64,000 bases of DNA from Octopus vulgaris. Lineage: Eukaryota. The notes beneath the pieces were generated by a model that had not been told where the DNA came from, ran no database searches, and saw only the letters and a list, made by a program, of their open reading frames with translations. Below are positions 26,054-38,119 of the stretch, one piece after another. The translations under genes were made by a program, and so were the position numbers. The first letter of the stretch is position 1, and every line of letters starts with the position of its first letter. The stretch is taken from positions 24,800,001 through 24,864,000 of the forward strand of contig OX597830.1 in the NCBI GenBank assembly GCA_951406725.2, written 5' to 3'.

Positions 26054-26454
26054 TTATACATATATATTTATGCATGTGTTTTTGTGTCTGTGTTTGTACC
26101 CCACCATTGCTTGACAACTAGTGTTGGTGTGTTTACATCCCTGTAACTTAGCAGTTCAACAAAAGAGATCAATAAAATAAATATTATGTTATAAATGAAT
26201 TTAATATATTTTGTTCTTTTATACCTACATCAGCTTGGTCCCTTGTCTATTGCCAACTCTTATATAGATCCAACATCTCTGCACTTGCTATTTTACAAAT
26301 TTAAGCACTTGATTTGCTCTGAACACTCATTGTGTGTACCTATCATCTATATGCCCTTTGACATCTTCTTACCTGTTGACAAATATGTCTATACAAATAC
26401 TTTAATTGAGTTTCACAATCTTTTTTATTTCATGACACACAAGCAATCAAACAA

Positions 26455-27135
26455 CTAGCATACTTTGCATGAAATGTTAAAAACTACCAGTGTTCTTTGC
26501 ATAAACAGTTAAATTAAAAATTATCAGTGCACTTTGCATGGCAAGCCAATAATTACTTGCATACTTTGCATGAAAAGTTAAAAATCACTTGCATACTTTA
26601 CATGAAATGTTAAAAATTATTTGCACATTCTGCATAGACAGTTAAAAATTATCAGCGCACTTAGCACGGAAAGTCAATAATTGCTTACACACTTTTCATG
26701 AAATGTGAGAAATTATCTGCACACCTTGCATGGAAAGTTTAAAATTATCTGCACACTTTACATGAAATGTTAAGAAATATTTGTACACTATGTATAGATG
26801 GTTAAAAATAATCAATGCACGTTACTTGAAAAGTCAATAATTACTTGCACACTTTACATGAACTGTTAAAAATATTTGCCCACTTTGCATGGAAAATTAA
26901 AAATTACTTGCACACTTTATGTGAAATGTTAAAAATTATTTGTACACTCTGTATAGATGGTTAAAAATTATCAGTGCACTTTATTATTCCGTTATTTAGA
27001 TAATTAAAAATAACTAGTGTACTTTACATTAAATATTAAAATTTTCTAATACACTTTGCTCTCCATGGAAAGTTTAAAATTCCTTGAACACTTTCCATGG
27101 AAGGCTAAAAATCATTAGTGCACTTTACATGGAAA
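26455..27135. repeat. Degenerate 32-bp tandem repeat with 5-monomer (about 160 bp) higher-order structure
   Basis: Monomer about ttgcacactttacatgaaatgttaaaaattat; a variant monomer recurs at 26631, 26791 and 26950. Confidence 0.85.
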
Positions 27136-27450
27136 ACAAAAAGAAAAACTGTTTTAAATTTTGCAAGTTGGGTGAATATGTAGAAAAGTATTGTTAATTT
27201 TGCTTTACTAATCATGACAACACATTTTCCATGACACCAAAGCATTAGTAGAAACTATTTTAAAGTTTTGAATTTTATTTTTAAAATATGCAGCACATTT
27301 AGATACATCTTAAAGTACATTGAATACTCTAGTTACACATCATCATGGTTATATTATATTATAAAATAACTAAATATAACACAGCTAGCTAGTATTTATC
27401 CATGTCCAACTGTAAGTATCAATTTTACCATATATATATATATATATATA

Positions 27451-27615
27451 GGCGCAGGAGTGGCTGTGTGGTAAGTAGCTTGCTAACCAACCACATGGTT
27501 CCGGGTTCAGTCCCACTGCGTGGCATCTTGGGCAAGTGTCTTCTGCTATAGCCCCGGGCCGACCAATGCCTTGTGAGTGGATTTGGTAAACGGAAACTGA
27601 AAGAAGCCTGTCGTA

Positions 27616-27678
<63 letters not shown>

Positions 27679-27860
27679 TTGTGTGTTTGCTTGACAACCG
27701 ATGCTGGTGTGTTTACGTCCCCGTTACTTAGCGGTTCGGCAAAACAGCCCGATAGAATAAGTACTGGGCTTACAAAGAATAAGTCCCGGGGTCGATTTGC
27801 TCGACTAAAGGCGGTGCTCCAGCATGGCCACAGTCAAATGACTGAAACAAGTAAAAGAGT
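27451..27860 (+). mobile_element. tRNA-derived SINE family A (full length, internal (TA)n/(TG)n microsatellite, GTAAAAGA tail)
   Basis: A-box-like TGGCTGTGTGG and B-box-like GGTTCAGTCCC. Related copies: plus at about 25848, 28806, 40335, 57783; minus at about 2656, 5410, 7270, 12860, 19345, 42740, 55535, 63160. Confidence 0.9.
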
Positions 27861-27999
27861 ATATATATATATAATTGCAGGATTGGCTGTGTGGTAAGTA
27901 GCTTGCAGTCAAATGACTGAAATAAATTAAACGATATACTGCTGATTAATCAAAACACATGTAATTTACTTCATCATTGTAATATATTATCATTAACAG

Positions 28000-28074
28000 A
28001 TAATGAGATTCATGGCAGATAGTAAAATGGCAGACAAACGTAAGAAAATCATTGCCGATTATATCATACAAAAG
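28000..28074 (+). CDS. MYO15: Myosin XV MyTH4 exon (IMRFMADSKMADKRKKIIADYIIQK)
   Basis: cattaacag acceptor, AAG|GTGAAA donor; phase 0 to 0. Confidence 0.9.
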
Positions 28075-28511
28075 GTGAAATATTTCTACCTTTATTTCTT
28101 TCTTTCTTTCTCTCTCCCTCTATTTCATCTTCTCTCTCTCTCTCTTTCTGCCCCCTTCTCTCTCAAATTCTTTATCCTTGTCTGACTTTCCTTTCCCCCT
28201 CTTCTGCTTACCACCTCTTACTATCACTTCTCTTGTTCTCTCTCTCTCCCTCTCACTCATGTTCTCCCCTCCACTTGCTACACTCTTCTTGTCTTACTCT
28301 AACTTCTCCTCCTCTTACTTCCTTTTACAGCCTACTCTTTCTCTTCTCACACCCTTTCACTACTTCCTCTTCTTCTCTTACTTCCACTACTACACTCTCT
28401 CTCACCACTTCTCTCTCACTCTCCCTTTCATCTATCACTCTCCCTTTCATCTCCATCTTCATATCTTTTCCTCTTCCTGTTCCTCATGATTCACTGTATC
28501 CCCTTCTTCAG

Positions 28512-28673
28512 TGTTTACAAGATGAACAACTTCGAGATGAAATCTATTGCCAATTGGCCAACCAAACTTGGAAGAACACAGTGACAAGCAATAGGTGAGA
28601 GGGGTTGGTTTCTGCTGGCCTTCTGCCTCTGTTGTGTTATTCCAAGTGACACACTCAAGAAATATCTACTGAA
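28512..28673 (+). CDS. MYO15: Myosin XV MyTH4 core exon with apparent +1 frameshift (CLQDEQLRDEIYCQLANQTWKNTVTSN / GERGWFLLAFCLCCVIPSDTLKKYLLK)
   Basis: cttcttcag acceptor and AA|GTAAGT donor. LRDEIYCQL and ERGW..YLLK lie in different frames; the exon is 162 nt where 161 is needed. Confidence 0.88.
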
Positions 28674-28805
28674 GTAAGTGCCTTGTTACAATCTTCTATG
28701 ACACTTTTTTTTTTAACATTTCATTGGCTTCAACAGACACACACACACACACACACACACACACTCCTGTGTTGTCTTCTTTTTGAGCTCATTGTCTAAT
28801 ATATA

Positions 28806-28927
28806 TGTGGCTGTGTGGTAAGAAACTTGCTTCCCTACCACATGGTTCCGGGTTCAGGCCTACGGCAAGGCCTTGGACTGACCAAAGCCTTGTGAGTGGA
28901 TTTGGTAGACAGAAACTGAAAGAAGCT

Positions 28928-28971
<44 letters not shown>

Positions 28972-29240
28972 TTGTATGTATGTATATATATGTTTCTATG
29001 TATGTATGTGTATATATATGTATGTATATATATATATGTGTGTGTGTGTGTGTGCAGGTGCATGTGCTTGTCCCCCCCCCCCCATCACTTGACAACTGAT
29101 GTTGGTGTGTTTACATCCGCATAACTTAGCGACTTGGCAAAAGAGACCGATAGACTAAGTACTGGGGTCACAAAAAATAAGTCCTGGGATTGATTCCTTC
29201 AACTAAAGGTGGTGCCCCAGCATGGCCACAGTCGAAATGT
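28806..29240 (+). mobile_element. SINE family A copy
   Basis: Same head, central microsatellite and tail as 27451-27860, with an internal deletion. Confidence 0.85.
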
Positions 29241-29294
29241 CTGAAGCAAGTAAAAGAATATTTACTTCTTTCTCTCTCTCTCTCTCTCTCTCTC

Positions 29295-29340
<46 letters not shown>

Positions 29341-29986
29341 TATGTATATTCACACATACATATACACACATATATTTATGTACATATATATATATATGTA
29401 GACACACACACACACACTCCTTTTCTTCCTACTTTAACCAATTATATACCCTTGTATTTAAACAGTGAATCAGCAGTCATTAGCATGTCAGACAAAATAC
29501 CTTACATTCTGAGTTCAAATCCTGCTGGGACTAAACTGGGTCGTCAACTTAATTTGTTGCTGAGTTTAATACAACCTCCTGGTCCTTAGATGCCTTTACA
29601 GAGGCCCCTCTGTCACAAATATTCAAGCCAAGCTTCCAATTTAAGGATACCTTTGTCCCTTCCCCCACCCCGCCACCAGCATTCAAAACCTTGTAAATGG
29701 TCAGGAGTTGTGACCTTTCTCTAATAGATATGATGTATATCATAGCCTATCCAAACCTATGAATACTGGTCTCATGTTGAGAAGAAGGGTCCTTTTGCTT
29801 TTCATTTGTTAACTATTTGTGTTCTTTCAATCTCCTAATCAAGTAGAGTCCCAACAATCCTAGGACTCCTTACTATATTACACCATAGCAAATCCCTCAA
29901 ATGTTAAAACCAACTAAATAAGACAAACATATATAAAACAAACAGCAACCATCCTAAATCTGTGTTTTTTTTTCTCTGTTGTGCAG

Positions 29987-30156
29987 ATATGTGTCGGATT
30001 TTGGCTACAATGGCTACAAAGAGTTCTGTCAGCATAAATTACTTCAATGCTTCAACATACGGCCAACACTTTGCCGTACTTACCCGCCCTGTCTGCTGGA
30101 ATGGAAAGCAGCTTTAAGGAGGGCCAACATGGCTTTAACTGCAAAGTTTCCTGATG
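29987..30156 (+). CDS. MYO15: Myosin XV exon, MyTH4 end (YVSDFGYNGYKEFCQHKLLQ...RTYPPCLLEWKA...KFPD)
   Basis: Polypyrimidine/gtgcag acceptor, G|GTAAGT donor; RxxPPxxLE MyTH4 motif; phase 2 to 1. Confidence 0.92.
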
Positions 30157-30399
30157 GTAAGTTCATAAACATAATATCCATCTATTTTTGCCAACCACTG
30201 TCTTCACATTCTGATTTCAAATTCTGCCAAGATCGACTTTGCCTTTCATCTCTTTCGGGGCCAGTAAAACAAGTACCAGTTGGGCACTGGGTTTGATGTA
30301 AACGACTTACCCCTTCTTCCGAAATTGCTGGTTTTGTGCTAAAATTTGAAATCAATATGTTCTCTCTAATAGTCTTTTTTTGATTTTGTCTTTCTCTAG

Positions 30400-30472
30400 A
30401 TGTTACACAAATCGGCCATGTAGATTCATGGATTACAGGGGAGAGATTTGCTGCCAATCTTCTGGATCAAAG
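30400..30472 (+). CDS. MYO15: Myosin XV exon (DVTQIGHVDSWITGERFAANLLDQR)
   Basis: tttctctag acceptor, AG|GTATAC donor; phase 1 to 2. Confidence 0.88.
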
Positions 30473-30972
30473 GTATACAACTTACATGTACACACACACA
30501 CACACTATTCTATTTGATTGGCTGGACTAACATTACATCAAACACTGTGGATAATGATTAAGTCTTTGTCCCAAACAATAATAAATAAGCAACATTGTTG
30601 GCTGAGCCAAAGCCAAGTTCTAAAGTCAGCGGGAGTGAGCACATAAAAAAAGAAAGCACCATGGCACATAACCAAACAACTTTTAACCCATTTCTCTTAT
30701 ATTGCTCAAAATATTTCATTAATTATGATATGCCTAACTGTATTCTACATTCGTTAATTTCATGTTTCACTAACAATGTAATTATATATAAAACTTACCG
30801 CTACTGATATAGGTGATGAAAGAGTTAAAAAAAAAAAATTACTGGGAAGGTACCAACTTTGAAATATGTGCTTGGGTCCAGTGGTTGCCTCCCCTTGCTC
30901 CCCTCTTAGCTACACCACTGATTGTTGGTCAAATGGTCATTGTCATGACAAGCATCAGTCCTTTTGTGGTCT

Positions 30973-31259
30973 CAGTGCTTTTCAAACTATCTGATGTGGC
31001 ATAATGGCACTTCCCCCCCCCCCCCCAATGTGCCAGGGACTGGTAATATTTCTTATTAATATTAATTTACACTGGAAACAATATATATAATGAATATAAT
31101 AAAAGTTGACATATTTTTTTTATCTTACATTTATTTTGTAAACAAATAATACAATATTACAGAAGTATTTTCATGAACATTTTATAATATTTCTTTCTTT
31201 TCTGGAAACTTGCCACATGCCGAGCACCGGTCCATGGACCACCACTTTGAGTAGCACTG
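30973..31259. mobile_element. hAT-like MITE
   Basis: Imperfect inverted termini CAGTGCTTTTCAAA / TTTGAGTAGCACTG; no clear TSD. Confidence 0.55.
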
Positions 31260-31638
31260 GTCTAAGTGATGCTTCAGTATTTCATAAAACACTTACAGTC
31301 ACTCTCTGGTCAATATTTTATTGTATATTCACCATTAGTCAATGTTGGTCATGTCTTCAATGTTATGTCAATCTTTACTCATCAGATTAAGGATTGCATT
31401 TTTTTATCTTTAATGTATCCACCCCCATGTATCTTCATCGAACATTTTCATTAAGCTTTAATTATTTCTATGGGTTAATTATTGAATCCATACAGTACTC
31501 CAATGTATTTCTACCCAGTACAAACACCTCTACTGACACACCACTACCCATAATTCATTGCTGCTATACTACCTCCCAAGCACAGAAACTGCCACCCCAC
31601 CCCATACATTACTCCTTTAACTTCACCAAGAACACATA

Positions 31639-31725
31639 GAATGGAAAGCAGTTTTAAGGAAGTCTAATGTGGCTTTAACTGCAAAGTTACCCAATGGTAA
31701 GTTCATAAACATGATACCCATCCAT
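31639..31725 (+). pseudogene. Intronic diverged duplicate of the 3' end of exon 29987-30156 plus its donor site
   Basis: Aligns without gaps to 30099-30185 (offset 1540); EWKAVLRKSNVALTAKLPNG vs EWKAALRRANMALTAKFPDG; both followed by gtaagttcataaacat. Confidence 0.85.
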
Positions 31726-32249
31726 CCATTTGTTCATTTTCACTACCCACTCTTCCTGGAAAAGTTGCAGAGGTCGTGTCTTCAAGCATATTCTCCATCA
31801 AGTCTTACCAGAAACGACCATCATTGCACTCTTTCTGCTGATTTCCTAAACATGACCAACTGAGACCAAGGATATTAGATGTGTCTATCCCTAGGTCTGC
31901 CAGTTGGCTACCTCAACCACTTTCAGTTTCAATCTACTAAGTCCACTCACAAGGCTTTGGCTGGCTTGGACTATAAAAGAAGATATTTGCCTAACGTGTT
32001 GTGCAGTGGAACTGAACCCAAAACTACATTGTCAGATAGCAAGCACACACACACATACAGTGGTCCTTCAGTTTTTCTAAGCCCTGTAAAAAAACTTGGA
32101 AGGTTGGACCTCCAACCAGGCCTTTCATGATACCTTTAAAGCCAGGAACTTTTCAGCATCTCTTCGTACATTATACTATTCCTCCCAGAGTACATTACTC
32201 TCTCTCTCTCTCTCTCTCCCTCTAACAAGACGATGTATTTTGTCCACAG

Positions 32250-32450
32250 AAATATGTATGACAATCACAGTGGCTGGACTGTAGCACTGGAAGAAGGACC
32301 TCACTACTATGAACTGATGGGGAATGATTATGTGTTGGATCTGATTTCTGAGATAGAGATTGTCCAAGGCTTCCCTGTGTGTAAATCATACACATTTGTC
32401 TACACAGACCATACAGCAGGACCAATTGGGAGACGGACTGGTTCCAACAG
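32250..32450 (+). CDS. MYO15: Myosin XV exon (NMYDNHSGWTVALEEG...DYVLDLISEIEIVQGFP...)
   Basis: tgtccacag acceptor, AG|GTAAGG donor; GWTV and DYVLDL motifs; phase 2 to 2. Confidence 0.92.
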
Positions 32451-33649
32451 GTAAGGTTTTTCTGTTCAGCCATTCTTTCATTCAGTACATCCATTAGTGT
32501 TAAATGGAATGAACGTTCAATAAAAGCTAACTGGAAATAATTTTATAAAGGGGTGAAAAAGAAAAAAAAAAAACAGTATAAGATAGATGTTATTTTAATT
32601 GTTTCAGCGAACATGGGAGACAACCTGATGTAGATTTCAATCCTGCTGAGACCTCATCAGTAAAGCTTAAACGTCAGGATACATTCCAAAGTAATACTCC
32701 AAAAATTCAGTAAGTGCAACAAGAATGTTCACTAGTCAGCATAAAAAACTAAAATTATTTTGACAATGTGTTGCCCGGGAATACCAGCCACATTGAGAAA
32801 TAAAGGCTATTAACACATTTAATGCTGTGAACATTAAAATTCAAATAAGAAATACTTACAACATGAAGAAAATGTAGTATTAGTCACTTACTAACTTGGT
32901 TCAGCTTTCTGATAGGTGTGAAGGGCAGTGTGTTGCTGCCCCACCTGAAAGCCATCACATACCAGTCTCATTATTTTCACTAAAAAAGAATTTAATTCCT
33001 TCATAATCCATAATTTACCCCTATTCATAACCAACTTATGTTCTATAATAAAAAAAAAATTTTTTTTAAATTAACCATTTTTAATAAAATTAAAAACCTT
33101 CTATTTTATTCTTTTAATTGTTTCAGACATTAGACGGCAGCCATGCTGGAGCACCACCTTTCTTTTATTCTTTTACTTACAATTTTATGTGAAAATCTTT
33201 CATTGTGTTTCAGATATCAGCTTCATCATGAAAAATCATTGTTATTACACAAAATCCTTTGAAACTTTTGATTTTCAAAATTAATTGAAATCTTTTTGTT
33301 ACATCTTTAGATGTAGAGTGATGAATTGGTTAATTAAATTTCATATTAATCAACCTGAGATTGAAAAGTAAAGGCATATTTACAAATTACTTCTTTAAAT
33401 GCCAACCCTCCCATGGCCATTCATATTTATGTATTCATATTCAAATTAAAATTCCAATCAAAATCTCTTTACAATATAAAGGATGATGTTTAGATTTCAA
33501 TTGGTTTCATCATAACATATGTCAATATCTATAAAACTTCATATTTTACGAAAACTCTCAAAAATTGTGATTTTATTGAATATTAATTGAAGCACAAAGC
33601 ACAAAAGCAGCACACACACACATACACATATTATATATATATATATGTA

Positions 33650-34104
33650 CTAGCAGCATAGCCCGGCATTGCCCGGGTATGTAAGAGCCCCTAGTAGGTA
33701 ACGACTAATCCCAATCTAGTCCTTTCCCTCTAGGGAACGAAGGTGCATGTGTAGGTTGCAATGTCTTCTCTTCTCTCGAATACTTCTGTGTATATGATGT
33801 TCCTAGCTGTCCCTTTGGGCGAAAACATGAAAACATCATTGCGCCTCCCAACGCGTGAACAGCCCACGTACAGCCCAGAAAATGTGTTGCATATAAAAAG
33901 CTTAGATTCTCGACCCCATGTCGAATTTATCGATTTTTTCAGAACTGGGGGAATTTTTCAAAATTTTCCCTGCGTTAGTTTTGAATTATGACATTGGGCT
34001 ATGTGTGTGTCAAGTTTCATCAGAATCGGTTGAAAGCCATGGTCAGGGTGAGGGTACAACCTGACAGACACACAGACACACAAACTGCCGTTTATATAGA
34101 GAGA
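33650..34104 (-). mobile_element. Non-autonomous Helitron-like element
   Basis: On minus it begins 5'-TC, carries a (TGTC/TGTG)n tract near the 5' end, and ends with a GC hairpin (33661-33678) then CTAG-3'. It sits between host A and T with no target duplication. Confidence 0.75.
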
Positions 34105-34105
34105 G

Positions 34106-34156
<51 letters not shown>

Positions 34157-34158
<2 letters not shown>

Positions 34159-34352
34159 AGGAGGTTGGTGAAAAGTTCCTAGCTTTGGGTAAAGAAAATA
34201 CAGGAGGATCAGTTAAGTATGATTTTATTCAACATACTTATTGCAAAGGTTCTTTGGTTTTCCTAAGCCCTGTAAAAGAACTCAGAAGGATGGGCCTCTA
34301 ACCAGGCCTTTTGCAATGCCCTTAAAGCTAGGAACTTTTCAGCAATCCCTCG
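34157..34352. mobile_element. Tc1/mariner-like MITE
   Basis: About 30-bp terminal inverted repeats (caaggaggttggtgaaaagttcctagcttt / aaagctaggaacttttcagcaatccctcg) flanked by TA. A partial second copy lies at about 32060-32168. Confidence 0.75.
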
Positions 34353-34356
34353 TATG

Positions 34357-34402
<46 letters not shown>

Positions 34403-34500
34403 AGTTGTCTAAGAGACCATAAGTCAATGAAAAGATGCACTTGTGTATTTGTCAATAGAGTGGGTATATTATCAGAAATCAGTTGCTGTATTCCCTTCAA

Positions 34501-34597
34501 TATTAGCTAACTCTGATGAGCATAAGGTTATATAATCAGATTGTTACCTAACACTTCATTGTATTCCTTGTACGAAACCGAGTGGTAGGATCAGCCA
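34501..34597 (+). ncRNA. Candidate type I hammerhead ribozyme
   Basis: CTGATGA 34513-19; stem II GCATAAGG/CCTTGTAC; GAAA 34574-77; stem III ACC-gagt-GGT; GTA triplet 34585-87; stem I imperfect. Confidence 0.55.
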
Positions 34598-35105
34598 TGG
34601 AATGTGAAGTAGTACAGCATATCGTTCCCAAATTTCTGGCAGAGTGAATTGTGTCATGGTGCTGTTTTTCTCACAGATGGTGCCCAACTGACCCTACAAC
34701 ACTGTGTAGTAGACAAAATCAAAAGCAAACAATGCAAAAGCACAAAATTAAAAATATAAAATGGTGGCAATTTACCCATCGCACACTGTATATAGAATTC
34801 AATGAACAGAGGCTCCTTTCAAATCTAGTATTTAATACATGACACAAACATAGTGTTTTATATATTTTATTGACGATATTCCACCTTGATCATTTCTCGG
34901 TATACCATAGAAATAGTACTAGTGTAATATCTTGAATAGACTATATCATCATCATCATCATAATGTCCACTTTTCCATGCTTGTATGGGTCAGACAGGGT
35001 TATATCACTTCCATTAACCTTTTCCATATTTTACAAATCTATTAAAAACAGCTCAGTAAACCAGCTCTGTATTTTAATGTGGCTATTGTTTTTTCCCCCC
35101 TGCAG

Positions 35106-35706
35106 TCCTCATGATCCAGAGAAGGACCGAAACATGGCTTTTACAGGACATTTCCCTGAAGTTCTCCCTCTTGAAACTTCTATTCGGGCTAATTCCAAAA
35201 AGTCCAAGAAAGACATCGCATTTTCAGTATCAAACCCTTTAAATCAGCGCCGGGCTGAAGACTTCCTGCCAGATCTGACAAATGAGAGTCCCCTCAATGA
35301 TCGTTATCATAATTACAAATTGCGAGCTGCTTCTCCACTTAGCAGTGGTGACTACGCCACCACCAATGGCAGCAGCATCCAGGCACCCAGTAACCTCAAC
35401 AAAGATTCACAACTGAATAAACGTTATGTCAGCTCAAGTCCAGTCGACATGAGAGAAACAAATATTGCTGACACCAGATTGAATGCTCGCTATACAGAGA
35501 GAACTGCATCGACAAAAGCTCATCAAATGAATATGCCCCAAGAAAGTGTCTCAGCTATTTCAGATGATCGTAATTCTACATGGGCCAGGTGGGTGGATAA
35601 TGTTTTCGAAAATGTTTTAAATGACAATGTGGATGAGCTTAGTGATGCACGATCTCTTGAATCAAGAATCAAAGGAGGTGGAAATGGTCTTACTCAAGGC
35701 CCTCAG
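35106..35706 (+). CDS. MYO15: Myosin XV large exon (SPHDPEKDRN...WVDNVFENVL...LESRIKGGGNGLTQGPQ)
   Basis: ccccctgcag acceptor, CAG|GTCAGT donor; 200 open codons; RxKGGG motif; phase 2 to 0. Confidence 0.88.
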
Positions 35707-38119
35707 GTCAGTGACATCGCTTTTCTTTTCTCCTTTTTTTTTTACAATTACAAATATATCTGTGAACGTTTAAAATGGTTTTCTTTAACTTAATTGTTAT
35801 TGTTCTTTAGTCCTTGGTCACTTCTCATCCAGTGACAGCACTATGATCAACAATGTTCCTGCAGTGACCACCACCACCATCAACATCATCATCATCATCA
35901 TTTAACATCTGCTTCCATGCTGCCATGGGTTGGACAGCTTGACACCAGGTTCCATAGTATGTTTTGGCTTGGTTTTTACTGCTGGATGCCCTTCCTAATA
36001 CCAACCATTTTACAGAGTTTACTAGGTGCTTTTTACATGGCACCTTGGTTTTTGGATATCAATTCTGTTGTGGTGAGCAGGCCTTCTTGAGTACAGCAAT
36101 CCTTTGTCATCTCCTTTATAAGCCTCAGTGTTTTGAGATCGGCCTTCAGTACTTCATCCCATGTCTTCCCGGGTTTCCCAAGTGATTGGCACATCTTTGT
36201 GCAACTGTCCTCACCCATCTGCATCTGCACCCACCAAACCAGCGCAGTCTTTTATTCAGATTTAGTTCCTATAAGACTACATTAGATTACATTATCCAAT
36301 GTATTATCTCTTCTGTGAGAAAAAGACAACAGGGTGTGATTTGAGGGAGGTTTTGCTGCTATTTCTAACAGGCAAAACAACCACATAGAAGCTCCTTTAT
36401 TGATGTATCCCTGTCATTATAGTTATTTTCCAAAAGCAAATTTGGAGTCTGAGTTCAGTGGTTCAAGTTCAACTTAGTATGATATAGCTTTTCAACCATT
36501 CATCATCATCATCATCATCATTGAACATCAGCTTTCCTTGCTGGCATGGGGTTGGATGGTTTGGCATAGAGCTGGTTAGCAAAGCTGTCCAGACTCCAAC
36601 TGTCTGTTGTCACATGGTTTCTACAGCTGGATGCCCTTCCTAATGCCAACCATTTAACAAAGTATTCTGAGTGCTTTTTACATACCACTGGCACAGGTGT
36701 ATTTATGCAGCACTGGCATGGAAATATTAATGCAGCACCAGCATGGGTGTTTTTTTAAATGGTACCAGAACCTGAAAGAACAAGCTTGTTTATGTGGAAG
36801 ACAGGGATTCTACTTAGCCTGACATGTCTTATCAAAAACAGCAAATCGCCACATCTCCCAGTCCCTTATCATTTTCTCAGTGAGGCCCATTAAGGAGAGC
36901 AATTTAATTGTAAAATTAGGAGCAATTTGGTTGTAAAAATACTGCTCCTATCAAGTTTGATGTAGCTAATTGATGTGGTGTTTGAAAAATAAAAGTTTAT
37001 TTTATAGTTTATCATTGTCTATATTTCGAATTATATACTGTACAGGAGCACCAAAATATTTTTAAGTGTTTAGGGGGTCCTTTATGGGTCTTACTCTGCT
37101 GATTTATTCAATGATGGGGTGAGTGGCAATAGACACAGATTTTCTCCTTATACCTGCTAATCTTTTCTTCAAATCCACTTTGGCCATCTTGGAAATTCAA
37201 CCAAAATAATACAAAGATTTTTGGTGGGATGACCACAACAGCCTATTTAACGCACAAAAAGGTGGGACACCTTTGCTACTCATCCCTTTGGGGTCAATTA
37301 AAGAGGGTACCAATCAAGTACTGGGGTCAGTAAAATAAGTACAGGAGAGTGGTCAATATAATTGTCTCTTCCCTTTGTCAAACATTTCAGACTTTGTGTC
37401 TTATTTTTGAAAATATTATTGAGGATGGTGGATTGGCAACATCAATGGAGCATCAGTAAAAATATACTGCAATATTTCATTTGCTGCTTTATGTTCTGAG
37501 TTCAAATCCTGCCAAGGTCAACTTTGCCTTTCATCTTTTCAGAGGGTCAATGAAATAAAGTACCAGTCATGTACTGGGATTGATGTAATCAACTCCCCTT
37601 GAATTTCAAATACCTATATTAGAAGAAATATCATTGTTATTACCATCCAGGAGCAGGCATAGCTGGATGGTTAAGGAGAATGGTTTGCAACCACATGGTT
37701 TTGGGGTCAGCCCCAATGCATGGCACCTTGGCCAATTGTTTTCCATTATAGCCCTGGGTTCATCAACGTTTCATGAATGAATTCAGGAAACGGAAATTAT
37801 GTGGTAGGCCATCTTTTGTGTGTGTGTGTGTGTGGTGTGTGTGTGTACTGGGGAGAATTTGCTTGACTACACCCTACAAGGTTGTGTGCTCCAGGATGAC
37901 TATAGTCAAATGACTGAAACAAGTAAAAGATAAATGATGTCTTAATAAATCAATAAAGCAAGAATGAATAATAATAAAAACAGTCTTGAGATCAATGAAC
38001 CCTGGTCCCAACCACTTCACTACCGAATTCTTTCTACAAAAGACACAAGGCCTGAAATTTTAAGGGAGGTGGCTAGTTGATAATGTCAACCACAGTGTTG
38101 AACTGGTACTTATTCAATC

